Part shown: piece by piece, positions 13,506 to 27,559 of the stretch
Numbering within the stretch: position 1 is the first letter of the stretch
Layout of the letters: every line of letters begins with the position of its first letter
DNA from: Eledone cirrhosa
Lineage: Eukaryota
Reading direction: 5' to 3'
Assembly (NCBI GenBank): GCA_964016885.1
Contig: OZ024743.1
Span: forward strand, 267,592,001 to 267,656,000
DNA length: 64,000 bases
Made by a program: the position numbers and the translations under genes
The notes under the pieces: model-generated
The model's database searches: none
The model's input: the letters and a program-made list of their open reading frames with translations, nothing else
Told to the model about the DNA's origin: nothing

Positions 13506-14419
13506 CATATATATGTGTGTGTGATTGTGTGTGTGAGTTTGTGTGTGTGTGTGTTTGTGTTGTCTGAATGTGCAAGTGAGTGCCTGTGTATGTTTCTGTA
13601 TGTATACGTGTGTGTGCGTTTCTCTATGTGTGTGACATAGAAAGACGCCTCTGTTTGCTCACTTGACCTGATTGAATAAACAATTAAATTTCCCTGAAAC
13701 CACAACTTATCTTCGTAAAAAAATTTATCACACTGAATAGAATCGTTCGATGCACTCAATTCTTGGATAATAAAAACAGTACAAAATACATAAAAAAACA
13801 AACAAGATATTCATAGCTTCAATGCCTCTAACTACAGATGAGCTCGATCAAGACCAACTTCGAGATAAAGCAGCAGTAACAACAAGATCATCAGTAAAAT
13901 AGAGTTGGCCTTTAAGATTTGAAATTAGCAGTGATAGCCTGGTGTAAATATATGTATAATCCCTCTGAGCAATGGACGAATTATATGTATATCTAGTCAT
14001 GTTGTAAACATACTGAATACACTGAAGTCATGAATCTAGAACATTTCCTATTCTCCATAATGACATTTTAACATCAACAGCAATAACAATATCAGTAATG
14101 GATACTATGAAAGCAATAGTATGCAGTTTCACAAGTACTTGGTGTGAGATGATCATTTCCTTGATATTGAATTGGTGATCAAGCGAGGGAATTTCGTACA
14201 CGAACGCTTTGTCTATGGATATTAATCCGCTTGCTTGACCGTAACAATAGACAATCACACCAACAACATTATGGCTTCTTTGATCACAAGACAAATACCA
14301 ATACTAAATTGACTGCAACCGTTACGGTATCGCCGGGAAAAGCACCGCGTGTTATTTTAATGATACTACCAAACAACACGAACACAGAGGAAGGAGTAGT
14401 CTCACAACAATAACAACCA

Positions 14420-14478
14420 CAACAACTACTACTACTACTAATAATAATAATAATAATAATAATAACACCACCACCACC

Positions 14479-14555
<77 letters not shown>

Positions 14556-15447
14556 AATAACATTGTTGCTTATCCGACCACCGCATTCGTACGGATGGAT
14601 ATATTAATTCCACTCACCGCTACCACCACTCGGACCACTAAGACCACTACCATCTCCAACAACACTGCCACAACCATTGCCAAAACGTCATATAATACCA
14701 TTAGACAAACAAAATACCAAAGACACCATCAAACTGAATATTATACACACGACATGGCTCATAAGCACCATAACCATTACAACTACAACTGCCATTACTG
14801 CAATATCGTCTCTGCCATGCATATCACAACAGCCACCACTACTTCGACACTGTCACCGCCATCCACAATACCACCACCACCACCACCACCACCACCACTA
14901 CCACCACCACCACCACGACCACCACAACCACCACCACCACCACAACCATAACCACCATAACCACCACCACCACCACCACCACCACCATTACCACCACAAC
15001 CACCAGCACACCAGCACACCACTATCGACACTACCATTTAACAACATCATCCCTGCCATCCATACAACCATTACTACAACTGTATCAATGACATCCACCT
15101 CACTGACATCAAAACCACCACCACCATCATAACCACCACCACCACTACCACAACTACCACCACCAACGCCACCTTCAACATCACCACCACCACCTCCATC
15201 ATAACCGCCACCACCACCATCACAAGCACCACCACCACCATCATCACCACTATCAACACCACCACCACCACCACCACCTTCACCACCTTCACCACCAACA
15301 CCTCCATCATAACCACCACTATCACCACCACCACCACCACCACCACCACCACGACCACTACCATCACCACATTCACCACCACCACCATCATCAAAAGGAC
15401 GACCACCAGTACCAACACCACCATTACCACACTACCATTGCCATTAT

Positions 15448-15483
<36 letters not shown>

Positions 15484-15490
15484 CCTATCA
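14420..15490. repeat. Trinucleotide low-complexity tract (CTA/TAA/CAC/ACC)n
   Basis: Direct reading. Confidence 0.9.
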
Positions 15491-15606
15491 ACACTACGAG
15501 AGGAGACACCATTTAGATGTAACAGTAATCACTATCGACATTCATTCTATTTACAATAACAACAACACTACGAAGAAAATCACAAACATTATTGATATTA
15601 CCAAAA

Positions 15607-16070
15607 GGGCGGTGGATTGGCAGTTTTAGTAGAGTCGGGCTTTGCAGCATAGAGTTCCGGTCCTTTACGGTCTGAGTTCAATTCCCACCGAGCTTAACTT
15701 TGCCTTTCATCCTTACGGGGTCGATAAAATAGAGTACCAGTCATGCACTGCGAACGATTTAATCGACTTTCCTCTCCCCTCAAATTACTGGCCTTGTTCC
15801 TACCTATACTAGAAATCATGTAATGCACTGGGTAATTGCTGGCCTTGTGCCGAAATAGAAACAATTATTAATACTGCGGTGGATTGGCAGTATCGGTAGA
15901 GGGTCGGACGCCATGCTTTGACGCATAGAGTTACGGCCCTTGCCATTCTGAATTCAAATTCCGCAGAGGTTAACTTTGCCTTTCATCCTTACGGGGTCGA
16001 TAAAGTAAAGTACCAGTAATGCACTAAGGTAATTACTGGCCTTTTGCCAAAAGTAGAAACAATTATTAAT
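15607..16070 (+). mobile_element. Tandem SINE family A copies (15607-15815, tail fragment 15823-15872, 15876-16070)
   Basis: A/B boxes and conserved body and tail as at 2432. Confidence 0.9.
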
Positions 16071-16103
16071 ACTGCCAAACTTATTCTTACCTCCTGATGC
16101 AAT

Positions 16104-16217
16104 TACTACTGCTGCTGCTATTTCTGCTGCTGCTGCTGCAGCTACTACTACTGCTACCACCACCACTACCACCACAACTACTACCACCACTACAACTGAT
16201 GCTACGACTACTACTGA

Positions 16218-16258
<41 letters not shown>

Positions 16259-16288
16259 ATACCAACACAACTACTACTGATGTTGCTG

Positions 16289-16364
<76 letters not shown>

Positions 16365-16390
16365 CAACACCACTACTACTGATGTTGCTG

Positions 16391-16432
<42 letters not shown>

Positions 16433-16435
16433 TTA
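16104..16435. repeat. (CTA)n/(CTG)n microsatellite
   Basis: Direct reading. Confidence 0.9.
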
Positions 16436-16437
16436 AT

Positions 16438-17400
16438 ATCTGTTTCTTTATTGGCCAAAAGGGACTACATATAGGGGAGAATACAATAGACATGTACAAT
16501 GGGTGTTTACAATAAAACCTTGTAAATATATAAAATAAAACGAAAACATTAAACAAAAGAATTAGAACAATGAACATTCCCTAATAGGGCGGCAAACCAC
16601 CCACTGGCGACTCAGGAACCCCATCAAAGCACCCGAGGAATGCTCTCCTTCCTCTTGTATCAGCCAGCCTACAGGTGCATGGTCAGTGCGGGCATAGGTC
16701 ATTCACACGGGCCATCCTCATAACAACCACCCATCTTTTAGCAAATGTACTGGGGGCGGGAAAGGAGGACAATTCCCTCTCCATCCTCATCTTCCTTTCG
16801 AAATCAAAATCGAAAAAGATGATGAGTGATTAGCCGAAGAGAAAAGTGTCTGTCGTCAGCCCTTTCAGCCTCGTCCACAACACAGCCTCTTTCGCTCGGC
16901 TACTAGGCAGAGGAAAACTGCCTGCCCTTCCCAGTCGATAGCCTGATCTGTCCCTCACACGATAACAGCTACTCGACATACCTTCACAAGTCACAAATGC
17001 ACGGATACTCGACGAGTGCGTGCAGAACGGTTTCGTCACTCTGCACCTATCACGAACAGGTTCGTCTGACCTGTAGAGTTTATCTGGAACCTGCAGTTAC
17101 CCCCGGTAGCACAGCCAAGCGAGGGATTTCTGGAAGTTATCCATCGTCCCCGGCTCAAAAGCCCTCCGGTCCCGACTGGTCAGCATCATTTTTTGACGGC
17201 CAGAGCCTCTCCGATAGTGTGGTGGGAGTTGCCCACCACTAACCCTCTATAGAACTCAAGAGTGGAATTTCCACTGAATGCATTGCCCATGTGGTCGAGT
17301 GAAGTGAGCCCCTAGCAGCATTCCAGGTGCCTGGCGCCCAGTTTCGGTCTCTCCTTGACTCGGGAGTGTTCTCAGTCAAAGAGACGAGCTGCGGAAAGGC
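16438..17400 (-). mobile_element. 3' fragment of a Tx1/L1-type LINE (second subfamily)
   Basis: The translation 'TKPFCTHSSSIRAFVTC' parallels 'TKPSCTHSSSVRALLTC' at 46210 (alternative frame of the C-terminal CCHC region); tail ends 'aataaagaaacagatattaat'. Confidence 0.75.
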
Positions 17401-17564
17401 TTGTCTGACAAAGTATACACATATTTTCCTACAAATATTTTACACACCACGTGTCCTTTTTTTCTCTTCACTTTATATCCCTCCCTCTATGTGCCATGTT
17501 TTTTTTTACAAGCACGCAACACACACACACAAACATATAGACACATGCACAAAACATACACAAT

Positions 17565-17598
<34 letters not shown>

Positions 17599-18359
17599 TT
17601 ATATATATATATATCTGTAGAGAGAGAGACAGAGAGTGAGAGAGATGTTGATAGAATTAAATACACACGCACGGACACGCATTTAGTGAGAGTGACATGA
17701 ATATAATTACACTAATTTGCATACAAAGATATGCAATAAATCTCACACACACAAACACTGGCATATACACAATCATACACCTATACACACACACATGCGT
17801 GAACGTGCAGATAGCTCAAAATGGCTAAATAAGTGGGTGTGTTCTCTTCCTCTTGTCATTATTATCTAACACAGCATCTTATTTACAAAAACGTCAATAA
17901 ACTCTACACTCGTCATTATTCCCATGAACAGCATTATGAAAACCCACATTTTCCTCACACGTACAAGGAACACTATCACAATTATAGTTAACACTATTAC
18001 CATCACCAGTATTATGATTATCAGCTCAAACACAAGTACATTGATATTCCTTTTATTGTAGCCAACCACGTGGAGAAGTGTAGGGAACCTCAATGTCGAT
18101 ACCCAAACTTCTAAAAATAGCCGTCGACTCTGCTGTCAAAATCTCACGAAAAGATATTGTCCATGAAACACTGGACATATGTCGAGATAGTCACCACTGG
18201 AACGTCTTTGATATTGGATTCCTTAATTAGAGATGGCCTGGGTTTAATTATACACACACACAAACATATAGACACATAAACACACATGCACATACATACA
18301 CACACATACAAACATGCACACACGCGCGCATACACACACACACATATATATGTGTGTGC

Positions 18360-18424
<65 letters not shown>

Positions 18425-18533
18425 GTTTATTGCTCTGGTCTTTTTTAGTCCATGGAGCGCTTGCCGCATAACTCGGATATTGCGTTTCACTTTCGTTTTC
18501 GACCACTGCCGAAATTCGATCTCGCTGAAACTA

Positions 18534-18663
<130 letters not shown>

Positions 18664-19173
18664 TGAGCGACATAGAGTGGCAGAGATGTTCATAGAATTA
18701 AATACAAACGCACAAACACACATCACCATCATATATCTACATAAGTGAAAATTATGAACAGTGATCCTTAGAATCTCTAAGTGGTTATTCCATCGCTCAG
18801 AAATAGTAGGAAATGTTCCTTCAAAATAAAACTTGCCGTCTATAAAGAAGAGAGAAGGAAATGTAGAAAAGAAAGAAATGAGTAGAAAAAGGAATGAGTG
18901 CGTCTTTTGCGTCTTTTGACTGATGTTTCGACTGTTCGTTTACATTGTATATATTTTTCTGACCACGGATTAAATGTACTTTATAAAAGATCGGATCATA
19001 AAGGGCCACTTGGACGCTAAATAACAAAAATATCTACAAAAAACATCCTTTATGATTTTAAACATTATCACTACTACCTCCAACAACAACTCCTGTTTAT
19101 AACAGTTAACTATTAACATAAATAATCATATTACTCCCTGCCACCACCACCGTCACCATCACCACTATCAACA

Positions 19174-19355
19174 TTGGCAATATCGGTAGAGGGTCGGAGC
19201 CATGCTGTGACGCATAGAGTTACGGTCCTTGCCATTATGAGTTCAAATCCTGCCGAGGTTAACTTTGCCTTTCATCCTTACGGGGTCGATAAAATAAAGT
19301 ACCAGTAATGCATTGGTTATTTGCTGGCCTTGTGCCAATAGTAGAAACAATTATT
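19174..19355 (+). mobile_element. SINE family A
   Basis: Matches the family consensus. Confidence 0.9.
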
Positions 19356-19381
19356 TTACGTAATGCTAGCGATTGATCATA

Positions 19382-19572
19382 ATAATTGTTTCTACTTTTG
19401 GCACAAGGCCAGCAATTATACGGTACATTACTGGTACTTTATTTTATCGACCCCTGTAAGGATGAAAGGCAAATTTAACCTCGGCGGGATTTGAACTCAG
19501 ATCATAAAGGGCCGTAACTCTATGCTGCAAAGCATGGCTTCCGACTCTCTACCGATACTGCCAATCCACCGC
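19382..19572 (-). mobile_element. SINE family A (tail-to-tail with the previous copy)
   Basis: Reverse-complement match. Confidence 0.9.
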
Positions 19573-21910
19573 GATTGAGCCGGCGCTCGTAGAATCAGAA
19601 CGCTTAAATAACAGACTCTAATTAAAGTTTTTCCTCTACTTCATGCCTTGTCGTTTGTTTTTCCTATACCATTAAATATATATGCGGTTTGTATGTGTGT
19701 GTGTGTGTGGCTGGCTGTGCCTGTGTGTTTACATATATATATATATACATATATAGTATAAACAAAGTTTAATACATTTAACATGCACGTGCGATCATTG
19801 GTTTCGTCGTCTACTCATGGCGACCACTGTATAATGGCGGAGGCACTTTGAAATTGGCCCTTCTTTGTGAAATTTGGGAAAATATGTAAATATATACACA
19901 CAGTTATATTGCAGCTGGAACACATTTTATCATACGTCTGCTCGATTCAAGTAGTCTTTGTTTTAATACACAATAATAACAACAACAACATATCCATACT
20001 ATTATCATCACAAATACAACCACCACCAAGAACATCACCAAAAGCAGGAACAGCAGCAACAATAGCATCACTAACACCTTCAATTTAATCCAGGGAACCG
20101 GTATAAGTATCAGTGCACTTACAGCAATCACAAACATCTACAATAATATTCCATACTATACTTGTATCCTCATTACCAACACTATCACCATTATAAATGC
20201 ACTTCACGATCAATGACGAGTCTCCGTCATCACCGACAAATTATTTCACATCCATCCCTACATAACCCTTATTTTATTACGTTTTCTCTCTCTCGCACAC
20301 ACTCATTAGTAGCATTTACTATTACTGACATCAATAATAACAAGACAATGAGGAGACCTCAACGTGGTAGCTAGATAAGCTAGAAATATCAACTAAATCT
20401 CACTCGTATCATACACCCTACCAGCTTTTAAAAAGATTGAATACAAAAATATTGAATAATATAGGGTGTCTGATGTGAATGGACGGGAGAGTCTGAACTG
20501 GAATATCTTTAATCAAAGGTCTGCTGAAGCACTGAAACCAAAATTCTCATCGATTTCTCTACCATTAGTATTTTTACTACCATTCCCACTCCCCCATAAA
20601 AACTACTACCTCGAGCAGCACCACCATTTCATACAATTAACAACACCACCTAAAAGAAGCTGCTTGAACACCGACACCAGTATTACCTTCACCACCAACA
20701 TTATCATCAACACTCCTAACACTATCAGCACAACAACCAGCATTATCATTACCAACGTTAACACAATCATCACTATACCTACTTTATCATCAACCGCACA
20801 ACACTGTCATCAGCACCAAGACAAACTCTATCCCGAACATTAGAATCAACACAATTAATATCACCACCGTCCAACATTAATATCACCACCATCACAGTCC
20901 CCACAATCACCATCATTGAAACAACCACAGCTACAAACATCAGCAACAGCATACCCCGCATACTCACCACTACCATCGTGTTAAATGCTACCATCACCGT
21001 CACCATCATCAAAACGACATCCCACTCCGCCATCATGTCTCAGGCACAAATTCGTCCGAAATAAAAGAGACTCCTCTCACTTTTCCACTATCGACAATAT
21101 AACTAAAACAAGCACAACTGCCACCACCAGCACCGCGACTAACGAAAATAACAACAACAACAACAACCCTAAATAAAAATAACAATAACTACAACTACAC
21201 CACCAGCAACAACAACCAGCACATCCACCACCAATACAAATAACAATAAATACATCAATTACAGTACTACCACCATCTTCACAAACACCACCACCAGCAC
21301 CACCACCACCGCCACAAATAACAATTACTACAACAACTACACCAGCACGCTGTCACCGATGCTCCCTTCCCAATAACACCGAATGCTCTCTCTCTTACCA
21401 CTCCATACTATGGCTGCTAACTATCATGTCCCTTTTCCAAGCTACCCTCCTTTTGCCAAAGAGTCTCACTGAGTCAGCGATATGTAGTGTCAGTGTGATC
21501 ATCTTACGGCGGCGATGGCAGTCATGAGATGAGCTAGGGTAGACGGTGAGTGGTGAAGATGGTTCAAGCATTAATGACAACCGTGATTAATGGATAGACA
21601 GTCGCACAGACATACAGACAAACAGATCAACAGATCAGTACATATGCATACACACACACACATACCGTGTCACACAAATATCTACACATATACACATAAA
21701 TATGTATACGTCAAAATACAATATCGCAAACATACATACATTAAAACACATAAGTGTACAAATAAATTTTGATCAAAATACACATACACAACGCGCGTAT
21801 ATATACCCACGCATATATACACAGAGTCATGGACGGACAGATGAACGGGCAGAAGAATGGAATTGCATACGGCTTGCAGAGACATACAAATATGCGGTGC
21901 TGCAAACGCG

Positions 21911-22165
21911 TATGTATGTATGTATGTATGTATGTATGTATGTATGTATGTATGTATGTATGTATGTGTGTATGTATGTATGTATGTATGTATGTATGTA
22001 TGTATGTATGTATGTATGTATGTGTGTGTGTGTGTTTGTATATATACATATATGTGTGCATGTATGCATGTATGTATGTATGTATGTTTGTATGTATGCA
22101 TGTATGTATGTATGCATGCATGTATGTATGCATGCATGTATGTATGCATGTATGTATGTATGTAT
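21911..22165. repeat. (TATG)n tetranucleotide microsatellite
   Basis: Direct reading. Confidence 0.95.
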
Positions 22166-22329
22166 GTCTCTACTTTATTCCGATTCATTTTTGATAGGCC
22201 ACCTTCCCAGTGGCAAGGTTGTAATAAAATGATATCGCCAACGTCCATTGCACAATTGTTCATCATTTGAATCTGAGGAACATTTTATAACTATTGAATG
22301 TCCATATGCCGTGGCCATTTGTAGTTTAT

Positions 22330-22860
22330 AAAATAAGACGTTGCAATCTTTCTCAAATAATCCAAGTTCGGTCATTCATTTGTCTAGGTGAATTAGTATA
22401 TAACCTGTGTCTCCAATAATAATAAGTATGAAACTGAATGTGTATTTTGGGTACAGGATCAGCAAAATCCTTATCAATGGTCAGTAGTTATTATCCGTCT
22501 CTTGTATATATCAGGCCGGTTGGGATTTAATTTGTTGGTTTTTACTTTTAGATCCCAACATTATTTCTTGTAGCCATCAGTCTCAGTATATTCATTCCTA
22601 TTTCTTCTTATTTTTGTTTTCCCTTCTCAGGAGATTGTTCTGGCTACCACCTCCTGTCTCAGGGGAATGTAGTAACGAGAAAACATTCCTTCGCAGCTGA
22701 CAAATATGTCTTTCTTTTGCATTTATAGTCAGCTGAAAGTTTTTTCCTCTTTTGTGTAGTAGGTAGTTTTTGTTGATTCCTTGTTCCTGTATAGCATAGC
22801 GCTATCATTTAAGGGGAGATGCTATGCACTTGTCAGAACTCTATATCAGTCTTTTATGTG
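22330..22860 (-). pseudogene. Highly decayed RLE-type (R4/Dong-like) LINE C-terminal relic
   Basis: Minus-strand peptides AIQEQGINKNY and WDLKVKTNKLNPNRPDIY resemble AAQEQA and WDFRIQTD..NRPD of the intact element. Confidence 0.6.
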
Positions 22861-23779
22861 ATTAAGTCTGTGTTTTAACGACAAGTACCCATGTACAAAG
22901 CTCTCATTGAAATACAGTCAGCCGGTATGTGAAAGACATGAGGTTCGATTCCTCGTAGTAGCCACTGGCCATTTTCCCCGTCTTTTATTTATAGGGACTA
23001 ACCGTTTACAGATTTCTGCGACTGAGTTTCCTAAAGTTTCTATGACCTTCATAACAAACTTAGCGTTTCGAAAGTTTGACCCTTTTATGCAGTATGTATA
23101 TAGGTATGTATGTATTTAGTTAGGGAAGTAAGATTCTACGTATGGGTGAATATATATTATGTGCGTAAAACACATAAAAATCGATGAATAATTTACAAAA
23201 TGTAATTCCAGGCTGCTCGTTGCAGATGTTCGGATGATAATAAATATGAGAACTTGAAATTGTCTTTACGATAAACACAGAGAAAATAGTTGATTATCAC
23301 AACGAACACTCGACGGATGATATGACATATGATAAATATTATTTGTAAAATATTTAAACATTTGTTAAAAAAATAGCAAGGTGACTCGAAAATGGGAAAG
23401 AAAAGGATAAATTATATGAAGCATGACAAATGAAAGGCATAACAAAGGAAAAGGCACGCAATCATCGTTGCCATAAAGTAGTGCTTTAGAGATTGCTCGC
23501 TTCCTGAGAGCAATCGTATGTGATGTGAAGAGGTCAGCTTATGTATACAAAGATGAAAGCTAGCCGTCTGATCCGGGCAAAAAGTTTTGCGGAATCATTT
23601 TGTACACGATTCAAAAGAATCTCAATATTATTCATGCTAATATGTTTTACAAATAAACTCTTCGTTCATGAGTTATGCCTCTTTCCAAAAAAAAACAAAA
23701 CAAAAAAAAAACACCCTCAAAGAACACTGAGCAACCCTGTATAAATGAATATATTAATAGTCGAAGAATATAAATATTT

Positions 23780-23950
23780 GTTTCTCCTTTTTGGCACAAG
23801 GCCAGCAATTAACCAGTGATACATTATTTTATCGACCCCGTAAGGATGAAAGGCAAAGTTAACCTCGGCGAGATTTAAACTCAGATCATACAAGGAGGTA
23901 ATTCTATGCTTCAAAGCATGGCGTCCGACCCTCTACCGATACTGCCAATC
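23780..23950 (-). mobile_element. SINE family A
   Basis: Reverse-complement match. Confidence 0.9.
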
Positions 23951-25269
23951 GAATCGGGTAAAAATAATCTTTTCAGAGATATTTATAAACCTTTCTCCGC
24001 TACTAATTGTATTGATCGATTCTTACAATAGTAAATTGCGTTGGTACGACTACATTACAAATATGAAAATTTGTCAATACTTTTTAACACAATCTATTAT
24101 GTAAACTTATAATAATTTGCTTAGAATCATCTAAAAAGACGAAAGTTTAAGCCAGCAGCTCTTTAGCATAATTATTTATGCATTCACCTGGAATACTTTG
24201 TAAGCAGCTCTGCTTGCCTCTTTCGTAATCAGGGCTATTTTATCCATTGTTTTTCATTATTAAACTGCTTCAGAGGCATCAAAATAGAGAATCAATTTCT
24301 ATGGGCTTTTAAACTGCTATCTATATAAACCAAATCTTCAAAAAACGCAATTATTTATCTTTTGAATATGAGAAACACTGGACTAGATAATATTGTTCTA
24401 ACTGAACTGCGTTAAGAAGGACAATAATATCATAAACGAAAGAATACGACTGAATGGCTGAATGGCTGAAAAATGTTTGATGATATATTTGATATAAGAA
24501 TTATGAATAAAATGTGAGATCAAGTGTTTGGGTTGGGCGACCAATTAGCAGAGAAGGGAGTATGATGTCAGGATCATTTTATGTTTGGATTAACTGTCAA
24601 GCTCAAATGAGTCTCAATCTTTCGTGTGTGCCTCTGTATGCCTGTCTATACGTGCATCATGTTTCCTATACTGTCTCTTCCCATATAAAATATGCACTAT
24701 ATACAGTTGCCCAATCCTTTAAATTTGTTGCTGTTTCAAAATATAATACAATGATATAATTATATTGCATGAGGTTTCAACTCCTGATGGAATCGTAGGT
24801 GCGCCACAGTAATGTAACGCATGTCACGGACATTTTATATCAGAACAAAACTGATTTCTTTCTCGAAAACAGAGAAAAACAGCGCAGTAAGGGACGTGGA
24901 GATATAGGGGAAGATTCGAATTTAATACTGGTCTAGTACGATATTTACCTACCTCCAATGGATGAAAGTTGACATCAGCTTTATCTGAACTGAAGGAATA
25001 CAGGAAAACATTTTAATCGATATTTTAACAATCATGCCAACCCCCTTAAAATACATAATATAATATATTATAAAGTCGTATGAAGAAAAGAAAACTATGA
25101 ATTCTGGCAATTGTAGAGATATCCGTGGTACATGAAAAAACATATGGAAGGTAGTTGGGAAAACACAGATGGATATAGAATAAGTCAGTGATAGACATAG
25201 AGACAACCGGAGAGATAGATTGCTTTTCCAGAAGTAAATTAGATAAACAGACATTTGGGCGACCTGCGT

Positions 25270-25308
<39 letters not shown>

Positions 25309-25666
25309 GCGAGCGCGCACGCACACACACACACACACACATACACATACACTCCCACTCTCTCACTCTATCTCACACACACACATACACACACACACAC
25401 TCCCACTCTCTCACTCACACACACACACACACACACACGACAGATTAAAAGACCAGTGAACGTAATTATTTTAATTAAAATGCTCTGCACTGAAAGATAA
25501 AGTAACTTAAGTGTGATTCAGAGAGGTGGGAGAACATTAAACAGGACTGATGGACGGAATGAATATTCACATTAAATTACATACATGCACACACACATAT
25601 ATACACCAATATATACATACATACTTTCATATATAAACTCTACGTATTCATACATATACACGTATA

Positions 25667-25748
<82 letters not shown>

Positions 25749-25769
25749 GTATAATAAACAATACAATAT

Positions 25770-25847
25770 AATTACCTCATTACCAGAGGTTTCCCGAATA
25801 AGACGAATACAAGAAACGTCCGCATTCGTTCGTCTGACAAGGCAATT
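25770..25847 (-). ncRNA. Hammerhead ribozyme variant (CAGACGA)
   Basis: Minus strand: aattgccttgt CAGACGA acgaatgcggacg...cgtcttattcgg GAAA cctctgg TA atgaggtaatt. Confidence 0.6.
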
Positions 25848-25870
25848 TAAAACATAGAGACTATGTTTTA

Positions 25871-25948
25871 AATTGACTTGTCTGACAAACGAGTGCGGAC
25901 GTTTCTTGTATTCGTCTTATTCAGGAAACCTCTGGTAATGAGGTAATT
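25871..25948 (+). ncRNA. Hammerhead ribozyme variant (CUGACAA)
   Basis: aattgacttgt CTGACAA acgagtgcggacg...cgtcttattcag GAAA cctctgg TA atgaggtaatt; the three-copy consensus is CTGAYGA. Confidence 0.6.
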
Positions 25949-26259
25949 ATATTGTATTGTTTATTATACATTAAATTTAGCTCTGTAACTTACATACAGC
26001 ACTCTTCACTCCAATGACTTTTTTTAATTTTCAACGGAAATTCAATACTTATATATATATATATATATGAATATACGTGTATATATATATATATGAATAT
26101 ACGTATATATATATATATATATATACACGTATATTCATATATATATATATATATATATACATATATATATACATATATACATATATACACGTATATATAT
26201 ATATATGTATATATATATACATATATATTATTTTATACATGTTATTGTTATACTCTGAG

Positions 26260-27200
26260 CGGGTCATGCTGCCATTAAAAACACATACACCACCTGATTT
26301 TCACTTAAGAATTTTCACCAGGTACATTATCAATTCATCAGATGGATTATCAACCATATGTTTAATCATGGAATCTCTTTCCTCCAACATTGACTTTTAC
26401 GCCATTTGTTTCATCATTATTTGAGGGTCATTCAATTAGATTGTAATTCAAAGGTATTTACATGGGATCTTTCTTCCCTTTTAGAATGTTAACTGCACAT
26501 GTTAGGACTGTCTGTACTGACGATTGTCGTTTTGTTGCAGATTTCACAAGCAGTTTCAAATCATCCAGAACGACAGAAGGTAGTTTAAACGTAGTTTAGG
26601 AACGTATATGCCTAAACCTTTCCTTCATCAGAACTAATGCTATTGGTTTAAGAAAAATGACTAACAGAGGTGGGGAAAGGAGGCACATTGAAAAATATTT
26701 CTATAAACGTTTATTGCTTAGAAACGGATAATAAGAGTACAAATTAGTTCTCCGATTTGTCATGCTAGATTCAACCAATTTGATTAGAGTTACTTTCACC
26801 TAAACATCTGCATAGTTTCAACAATTCATGACACAATATCATCAGAATTCTTCACGTCTATCTATGCCATATTCATGTTTGTCCTCTGAGAATTGTATTT
26901 TTTTTTTTCATTATGTTGTCTACGACAAGATACCCATTTGTTCACATTGATCTTTTTTTTAAATAGAATATGGTATGTTTTCTGAGAGTGCGTTGCAGTT
27001 AAGAGTTTCCAAAGTAGCTGTAAGCAGGAGATAGGTCTGTAATTCCCTGTTATAAATATTGGTGACTCTTACCGCAACATTATGAACATCTTCGAAGTTC
27101 TGCATTCATGAGACATCACGAAACTTTCAATGTCAATTCCTAGAATTAAGCATGATCCTTATGTTTTAATCCTTCTTAGCGAAATTTTTTAATCCCATAT
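26260..27200 (-). pseudogene. Decayed non-LTR reverse transcriptase relic (R4/Dong-like)
   Basis: GNYRPISCLQLLWKLLTA at ~26994-27047 and LDDLKLLVKS at ~26545-26575. Confidence 0.75.
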
Positions 27201-27327
27201 TTCGGATAATTAATTGAATGAGATTTTGACCGTAAAATCAATAAATGCATGAATAAAATACAAAATGTACAGTGAATAATTGGAGGCATATTAAAAATAA
27301 GAAATAAATGTATTATTACGTCCCTTT

Positions 27328-27545
27328 AGGACGGTGGATTGGCAGTATTGGTAAAGCGTCGGACAACATGCCTTACGGCATGGAGTTGCGGCCCTTTATA
27401 TTCTGAGTTCAAATCCCACCGAAGTTAGCTTTGTCTTTCATGCTTACGGGGTGAATAAAATATAGCACAAGTAATGCACTGGGATCGATTTAATCGATGG
27501 ACTTCCCTTCTCCGCAAATTGCTGGCCTATTATAGAAATTATTGT
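27328..27545 (+). mobile_element. SINE family A (diverged)
   Basis: Matches the consensus. Confidence 0.85.
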
Positions 27546-27559
27546 TATAATTATTATTC

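Larger units (their letters stand above)
25745..26050 (+). mobile_element. Hammerhead-bearing pLTR-like unit with fold-back inverted duplication (palindrome 25745-25973, 3-nt loop at 25858-25860)
   Basis: ~113-bp arms; (TA)n on both sides; same family as 360-545. Confidence 0.85.

Noticed and set aside
13833-13880. CAGATGA-g-ctcga..tcgag-a-TAAA
   Set aside because: Two core changes and no stem I
22915-22966. B-box GGTTCGATTCC ending ..GCCA, tRNA-like
   Set aside because: No A-box or cloverleaf 5' half; at most a SINE remnant, not a tRNA gene
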